Positions 58,209 through 64,000 of a stretch of 64,000 nt of DNA are shown piece after piece. How positions within the stretch are numbered: the first letter of the stretch is position 1; each line of letters starts with the position of its first letter. Made by a program: the position numbers and the translations under genes. The notes beneath the pieces were generated by a model. It was not told the DNA's origin. It worked only from the letters and a program-made list of their open reading frames with translations, and did not search any database. This DNA is from Diplonema japonicum (lineage: Eukaryota; Protista; Euglenozoa: Diplonemea). Location: NCBI GenBank assembly GCA_964019335.1, contig OZ025659.1, forward strand, positions 124,001-188,000, given 5' to 3'.

Positions 58209-59864
58209 TTAACCGGCCCCCCTGTTCCTAAAACCCATCGTTGTGTCAACAGTAAAGTGTCTGGGCTGTGAGGTATGTGCAGCACGTGGCTGCGACCTGG
58301 GCTGGCTGTGATGCTGAGAGGGCGTGCGTGACTGTCCACGAATGCGAACAAGCTCAGCTTGGATGGTCTGAGCAGCACCGTAATCCTCTTCGGTGACAGC
58401 AATTTTCTTTGCTTCCTCCAGTTCGAGGATCTGCTCCTGGAGTTTTTCCTCTTCTTCGCGTGCCAGTCTTTCCTTCTCTTCTTGCTCCCTTTCGCGAATA
58501 AGGTGCGCCTCACGATCTCTGTCAGGAGAGAGGGACATCCTGATCCTGGACGGGGAATGGTGGTCGAGAATGGACACCAAGGCACGTCTTGCCTGTGCTA
58601 GCTTGATGTCGTTCTCCCACCCGTAGTCGGTTGCTGAAACAATGGCTTCCTGGGCCTGTTTGAGTTTTTCCTCGAGCTGCAGCACAGCTGCCTTGTACTC
58701 CTGTAGGGTCACGTCCTTGCTCTGCATAGCAAACCTCAGTTCCTCTACCTTGTGAATCTGCGAGTTGCCCCTTGCAATGGCCTCGTCCTTTGAGTGTAGC
58801 TGCGCCCTTAGCTCTGCGATGATCTGATCTTGCCTGTGCATTGCGGTTGCCGATTTTGCGGAGTCCTCCCTTTTGACCGACGAGCTCGACTTGTTCTTGG
58901 CGCTCTCGTTGCGGATCTTTGCTTCCAGTTCATGGATCTTCTTGTCCTTTGTGTCGATCATCTTTTTCAACTCCGCGGTACCGTCTTCCTTGCCGCCTGA
59001 CTTGGCACCCATCAGGCTCTTCACTTGTTCTTCCAGAGAGGCGATCTTTGAGGTCAGTGTGCTGTTCTCTTCGTTTAGTTCGGCGTTTTTGGATTTCTCC
59101 GCGGCGAGGTCCGACCGGGCTGCCTCGAGCTGTCTGTTGGCGTTGGACGCTGTCAGCCTCCAGTCGACACCTGCCAGCTCGTCCTCCTCCTCTTGGATGG
59201 AGGCGGCACGCGACTGTTGTAAAGTGGCGGCCTGTTCCGACCTTGCGATGGATACTCTGCTGGCTTGGGATGTGGCGCTGCCTTTGCGGGAGCCAAGCTG
59301 TGATCCTGCTGCAGGGGGGATCCCTCCTGCTGCGCTTCCTGCAATGGAGCCTTGCGCGGAACCTTGGCGGGACATTGCTGGCTGCGACCCGGCAGCACTC
59401 GCGGCTGTTGGTGATGCTGCCGAGACGGGTGCCATGGACGGCGCGCCAGAAGCCGAATTGTTCCTCGACAACGCAAGAGGCGTCCTGGGCGGCATCGACA
59501 GGGAAACATCACCATTCTTACTTGCCTCGATCTTCACATCCCCAGGCCCCTTGGCAAGGGTCACTGTTGAGTCCACACGAGACGGCGCTGCAGGGGATGC
59601 TGGTTCGGGGTTCAAGCTTGCCACGGGTGACTTGCTCAACAGAGACCTCGTAGACCCTGTTTTGACCAATGGTGCTAACATGCTTTTCTTTGCTGAAGGT
59701 GCTTCACTAGGAGCAGGCTGCGCTGCAGGGCTGGCGGGCTCAGCTTCGGGCTCAGGCGGCCACGCCTTCTTCTTAGGCTTGCCCGCTTCACTAGGCGCTG
59801 GCATCGTGCTCACTTGTGAGTTTTGCTTCTTTAGCTTTGCACTATCGCTACCGGCTTCACTCAT
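58209..59864 (-). CDS. Coiled-coil protein with S/A/P-rich N-terminus and C-terminal UVR-like motif
   Basis: Start MSEAGS at 59864. LEEAKKIAVTEEDYGAAQTIQAEL matches the UVR pattern. Confidence 0.75.
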   Translation of the reverse strand: MSEAGSDSAKLKKQNSQVSTMPAPSEAGKPKKKAWPPEPEAEPASPAAQPAPSEAPSAKKSMLAPLVKTGSTRSLLSKSPVASLNPEPASPAAPSRVDSTVTLAKGPGDVKIEASKNGDVSLSMPPRTPLALSRNNSASGAPSMAPVSAASPTAASAAGSQPAMSRQGSAQGSIAGSAAGGIPPAAGSQLGSRKGSATSQASRVSIARSEQAATLQQSRAASIQEEEDELAGVDWRLTASNANRQLEAARSDLAAEKSKNAELNEENSTLTSKIASLEEQVKSLMGAKSGGKEDGTAELKKMIDTKDKKIHELEAKIRNESAKNKSSSSVKREDSAKSATAMHRQDQIIAELRAQLHSKDEAIARGNSQIHKVEELRFAMQSKDVTLQEYKAAVLQLEEKLKQAQEAIVSATDYGWENDIKLAQARRALVSILDHHSPSRIRMSLSPDRDREAHLIREREQEEKERLAREEEEKLQEQILELEEAKKIAVTEEDYGAAQTIQAELVRIRGQSRTPSQHHSQPRSQPRAAHTSQPRHFTVDTTMGFRNRGAG

Positions 59865-60810
59865 TTCTTCTCTTCTTTTTTTGTTAAATCCCCTTCTTGT
59901 AGTGCTGTGTGTGTGGGGGGGGAGGGGGGGGGCAAAGGTAGACATATCTCCATGCATAACACCAATAATAATAAGAGATATCAATGGTTTTGTGACTAAT
60001 AGAAAAGCTACAAAGGGGGAGGTGAAAAAATAACGAACGGAATAGGGAAGGGGGGGGGGGGGGGCACGAAGAAACACCCAAAGTGTTCCACTAATGGGGG
60101 TAGGGGACAAACAAAATAATATCCCACTTTAAAAAGAAAAAGACTGCGAGCCGGGTGTTGTTTATTTTTTTTTTTTTTTAAAAAACTTTCGTTCGCATGA
60201 TTTTTATTCATTTATTCATTATTCTTCTACCCGAAGCCCCTGGAAAAGACTTCTGTTCTACAGCGAGAGAAGTAAAAAGAAGGTTCATTAACAACGGACA
60301 ATTCACTTTTTTTTTGTTTGTTTCCCTTCTTCTTCTTCATAACGGTATTTCGTTTTGTTCCACTCCCTCCCCCCTCCCCCACCCGAATAAAAAGGTATTA
60401 AAATAAAGGGGGAAGAACGGTGAGGTGTCTTGTTAAGATATTTACCTACTTCTAAATTAAAAGAATCTTTTTTTTTTTGATCTCTCCCCTCCCTTCTTGT
60501 TTAAATCTTTTTCTTCTTCTATAATTTGTTTTGTTTTTTTGTTTTGTTTGCATGGGAGTGAAGCGCTCACACCCCTTTTTTTTTTGTTTTTTTTTTGTTC
60601 TTGGTTTCCCAACGTATTCTTTTGTCGTGTATAATTACAATTCGAGCGGAACTGCATTGCGTTGTTGCTGTTGTTTTTGTTTTTCTTTTTTTTTCCTAGA
60701 GAGAGAACACGGGACGACAGTTAGGTGGGGGGGGGGGGGGGGGGGGGGTTCCCGTGAAATACGGCGCCTTAAGCAGGAATTCAAAGTGTCTTAATAAACC
60801 AAGAGGCTTA

Positions 60811-61047
60811 TTCTACGGTAAATGTCAACAGACCAGTGGCCGGGGCAGAAAGAAAAAAAAAAATAATAAATCCGCAAAAAAAAGGCTAATTTCAGAGCTC
60901 CATTGTTTCGCGAAATGGTTTTTTCTTTCTTCTCTTTTTTTTTTTTCTTTTTTGGCGATTTTTCGCCGTTTACACTATTTCCGTGTACTTTCCCCATTTT
61001 TTTTTTTTTAAATAATCTGGCCGTAGTTGAAATCCTTTACCGTAGAA
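60811..61047. mobile_element. Possible ~237-bp MITE (Tc1/mariner-pogo-like TA|CGGTA ends)
   Basis: TTCTACGGTAAA (60811-60822) and TTTACCGTAGAA (61036-61047) are a perfect inverted pair that extends imperfectly inward (TCAAC..CCAG). Internal palindrome TTTCGCGAAA. Confidence 0.45.
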
Positions 61048-61274
61048 ACGATTTTTTTATTCATGCAATATTGCACCCCACCTGCCTAGTTGGGTTTAGT
61101 CCCGTAGTCCCCGTTCTGAGGGCTCTGGCGGGTGCCAACTAGCAGTGGTAAGACCAGCTGTCCGGGGTGGAGGGGGGTGAGTGTTAGAAAAACAAAACAA
61201 AAACAAATTTAATAAATAAAATAGGAACAGGCAAGTTACCCCCCCCCCCCCCCCCCCCCCTCACCTCGCTTTTT

Positions 61275-61949
61275 TCAAAATCTGTTGTCCACTCTTGCAG
61301 ATTTTGACCTGTACAAGGAAGACGCAGACGGAGATGGGGGAACAGGCCGAAGCGGGGAAGCAGAGAAATGCGTTCTAGAACCCCTCCCAAACGAGCTCTG
61401 CGAACCAGGGCTGAGGGGAGGCAAGTAGGAAGATGTAGACGAGGCACGAAGCAGCGACGAAGAGCCACGGGAGGGTTCCGTGGTCCGTTTGTCGGAGTAG
61501 CTGATGAAGGAACCTGTATTTATCCGATTCTGAGCAGCGATTAGGTCCCAGGAATCCCTTTTTAGAATGTAAAGGAGTTCTTCTGGGGTAAAATGGGGGT
61601 TGGCTACACCCAGTTCCGCCAGAATTCTGGCTTTTTCTTTGCCTTGTAATACTTGGGCGATGACAACCTCTTTGTCCCCGCCGGCTTGCTGCAACATTCT
61701 TTTTAAGTCACCGCTACTTTTTTCAGGAAAATCCACCTGCAGCTCTGCTAGGCTCCGATCGTCGGCGTTGTGCATCACTAGCGGGCTCTCCATGGACCCA
61801 CCCGGCTTCTTGAACATTGTCTTTGTTAAACAAACCAATACCACACAAATTATAAAGACGCCTCCTACGGCCCCTAGAACAACAATACCAGGTTCCGTAG
61901 TCCCACCAACATCTTCGGCTTGTGGAGCTCCGGTCCCATTTCCGGACAT
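61275..61949 (-). CDS. Single-pass membrane protein with two CUE/UBA-like repeats
   Basis: TM GIVVLGAVGGVFIICVVLVCL, then LAELQVDFP...LQQAGGD and LAELGVANP...LKRDSWD. Confidence 0.7.
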   Translation of the reverse strand: MSGNGTGAPQAEDVGGTTEPGIVVLGAVGGVFIICVVLVCLTKTMFKKPGGSMESPLVMHNADDRSLAELQVDFPEKSSGDLKRMLQQAGGDKEVVIAQVLQGKEKARILAELGVANPHFTPEELLYILKRDSWDLIAAQNRINTGSFISYSDKRTTEPSRGSSSLLRASSTSSYLPPLSPGSQSSFGRGSRTHFSASPLRPVPPSPSASSLYRSKSARVDNRF

Positions 61950-62327
61950 ACCACTCTTCTCCCCTGTGATTAATGGTGATGGAGGGGTGGGGGGGAAAAA
62001 AAAAAGAAGAAAAAGAAAGGTCTAGGTTTTTTTAGGGTTTCTTTTTGTCGAAAGAAGGGTGGCTTTTTTTTTTAACTTACTTCCCCAAGTTGTTTTTCTT
62101 TTTTTTTTTTGCCCGAAATGTAAAAAGCAAGTTTTTTTTTTTCTTTTATATTCACGCTCAGCCCTGGGCGTGGAACAATAAAGTACTTGTTTTCTTTCTT
62201 TTTTCTTTTTTTTCCTTTGAAAATTTAGCGTTGGGGGGGGGGGGGGGGGGGGGGGGATTGCTGCGCATGAAATAAAATTTCATTTTTCATTCGAAAGCAG
62301 TTGTGCAGTAAATAAAAAAAAGATGTA

Positions 62328-62410
62328 TTTATGAAAAATCAGCCAGATTCTCAATTGTGGCGACACTTAATACTCGTGGAGTGAATTCAGGTACACTGAT
62401 TTTTCATAAA
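62328..62410. repeat. Perfect 15-bp inverted repeat around a 53-bp spacer
   Basis: TTTATGAAAAATCAG (62328-62342) and CTGATTTTTCATAAA (62396-62410). Confidence 0.8.
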
Positions 62411-62438
62411 GTTTTTTTTTTTCTTTTTTTTTTTTTAA

Positions 62439-64000
62439 CCATCTACCAACGGACCATTTTTGCCCACCAGGGGGTAAATTTTCAAAACTTCAAAAAAAAA
62501 CTATTCTAGCGCAACGCTGCGGCTATATGCCCCCGGAAATGCCTCCAGATGTCCCAATTCTAGAGAGAGGGTGCCCACAGCAGGGCCCACCCCCACAACA
62601 TTGTCAAAAATATCGTTCCCGAAGTGCTCGAGAGGGAGTACAAAAAACAAGTCAAAAAAAATCGACTGTAAAATTCTATATAAAGCTATTTAAGGCCTTC
62701 TTGACGCGGTTCGTACGTGCCCCATGGCTGGGGGACTTCTTTTTTGACCCCGAGAGGGGTTTCTGGGGGGTATCCCCGGCAAGGTGGTAGTCTTTGAAGC
62801 ACGGAGTCACGCAAAGTTGTACCAAGCAGGCTGAACACTGAAATAGGGGTCTTTTCGACTTGCAATGCTTGCACCGCACGTTGCGAAGAAATGGTCCCAG
62901 AAGGTACTGTCGTTGCATTGGGGCCTCAGGGCACTCGTTCTGTGTTTCGGGGCATGGTATTGGGGCAGCCTGCTCTGTAGTTGACTTTAGCTGTTGTTTG
63001 GGCAGCCTCCCTAGTAGCCCTTCGATGACTGCCTCTTTGAAAGGCGTGAATCCACTGTCGTTCATACTCAGGGTGTTGGGGGGCAATGCTTCTTTCCAAA
63101 CAAGCCAAGCATTTGCCAGAGATCTATCTAACAAGTACGAAAATACTTTCAGGGGCCACTTCGAAGTCATAAGGGTGCGTTTATGGCGTTTTGTCACAGC
63201 ATCACCCAGCGTCGGTTCCGCCCATTGCGGTGTTGTAAATATGCACTTGGTGGGGAGCGGGATGTCCTTTCTGGAGGGCCTCCGGCTTTCATTCTCTTTT
63301 GGCCGACACGCCAAATTTGACTTCACCAGAACATCCAACGTCGACAGAAAGCGCACAGGCTTGATGGCATGCCACGTTGTGGTGCAAAGGATGCTCACGT
63401 GCTGGTGGAACTGGGTGTCCCCACAGGGTGCGCGTCCTTGGGCTTGCGGCCTCGCTTCTTTGGGGCATCCGTGATCTCCGGGAGGCCTTCGCGATAGGTA
63501 GAAGTCAGCACGCTTGTTTGTTTCGCTGTGGAAACACAGATTTCCCAGAATAGTCAAAAAGCGGTCTCTTGACATGACGGTGGCGTACCCAGGGGTGTGG
63601 TTGAGAGGCGTGGAGCCAGTGCGCCAGTAGTCAGAATAATCTGGCTTGATATCCAAGTCCATCGACAAAAGGGCACCTAGGAAGGTATGCAGAGAAGCAG
63701 CATCGAGATCCAGGGAAGCACCTTTTTTAGCCGCATTTGCAACATTGTTCGAAGTTATGACCCGAATAACGTTTGGGACGAGCATTTGGGAGAAAGATAT
63801 ATGGAATGGCGTTGAGCCTCTGATGTCAAAACAGGGTCCACAAGGATTCCGATCTTCACGAAACCGGATGCCTTCCCACTGCTCCGGCTTTGCCGTCCAA
63901 TCACCCTGTTGTGACTCGGAATCGGTCGAATTCGAATCAGAATCACTGTTCGTATCAAAATTGCATAATAGGGATGAGCCATCAGTGCTACCATCACTCA
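62439..64000 (-). mobile_element. piggyBac-family DNA transposon, 3' part; runs off the window
   Basis: TTAA (62435-62438) then CCATCTACC; composition shifts away from homopolymer-rich host DNA; contains a transposase remnant. Confidence 0.85.
62676..63785 (-). pseudogene. Decayed piggyBac transposase (internal deletion, compensating frameshifts)
   Basis: FLGALLSM..DYW..MSRDRF, W..KPVRFLST, out-of-frame YNTAMGGTD, KWPLKVFSYLLD..LANAW and the C-terminal Cys-rich domain CKHC..CSAC..LC..PCFKDYH. The first two catalytic Asp regions are absent. Confidence 0.85.

Noticed and set aside
1-64000. tRNA, rRNA, SL RNA or snRNA genes
   Set aside because: No cloverleaf, rRNA-like tract or spliced-leader exon recognised by eye; small snoRNAs cannot be excluded without Infernal.

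Overview
Eukaryotic nuclear DNA, most likely from a euglenozoan protist; a diplonemid is my best guess (inference, not a database match). About 27 host genes or pseudogenes all lie on the minus strand, as in a polycistronic directional cluster, separated by spacers dominated by A/T/G/C homopolymers. I could reconstruct 22 short (35-67 nt) GT-AG introns. 17 start GTAT and 12 start GTATG, and most contain poly(A) tracts instead of a polypyrimidine tract. Recognisable genes include PP5, DDX46/Prp5, an SH3 protein, an ankyrin protein, a 21-repeat Cys-rich surface protein, a fatty-acid elongase, a TM-SDR fusion, a Sec7 ARF-GEF, a kinesin-3-like gene with a tandem array of degenerating motor-only copies, a Gfo/Idh/MocA dehydrogenase, 2x RPL26, RWDD2, 2x FAH-family, an MCU paralogue (WNLVEP filter), a purple acid phosphatase and a Rab-like GTPase. 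The window starts in a probable Mutator-like terminal repeat and ends in a decayed piggyBac. Several MITEs, two families of conserved dispersed hairpins and a possible interleaved plus-strand gene lie in the spacers. All intron and gene models were derived by hand and need RNA-seq confirmation.
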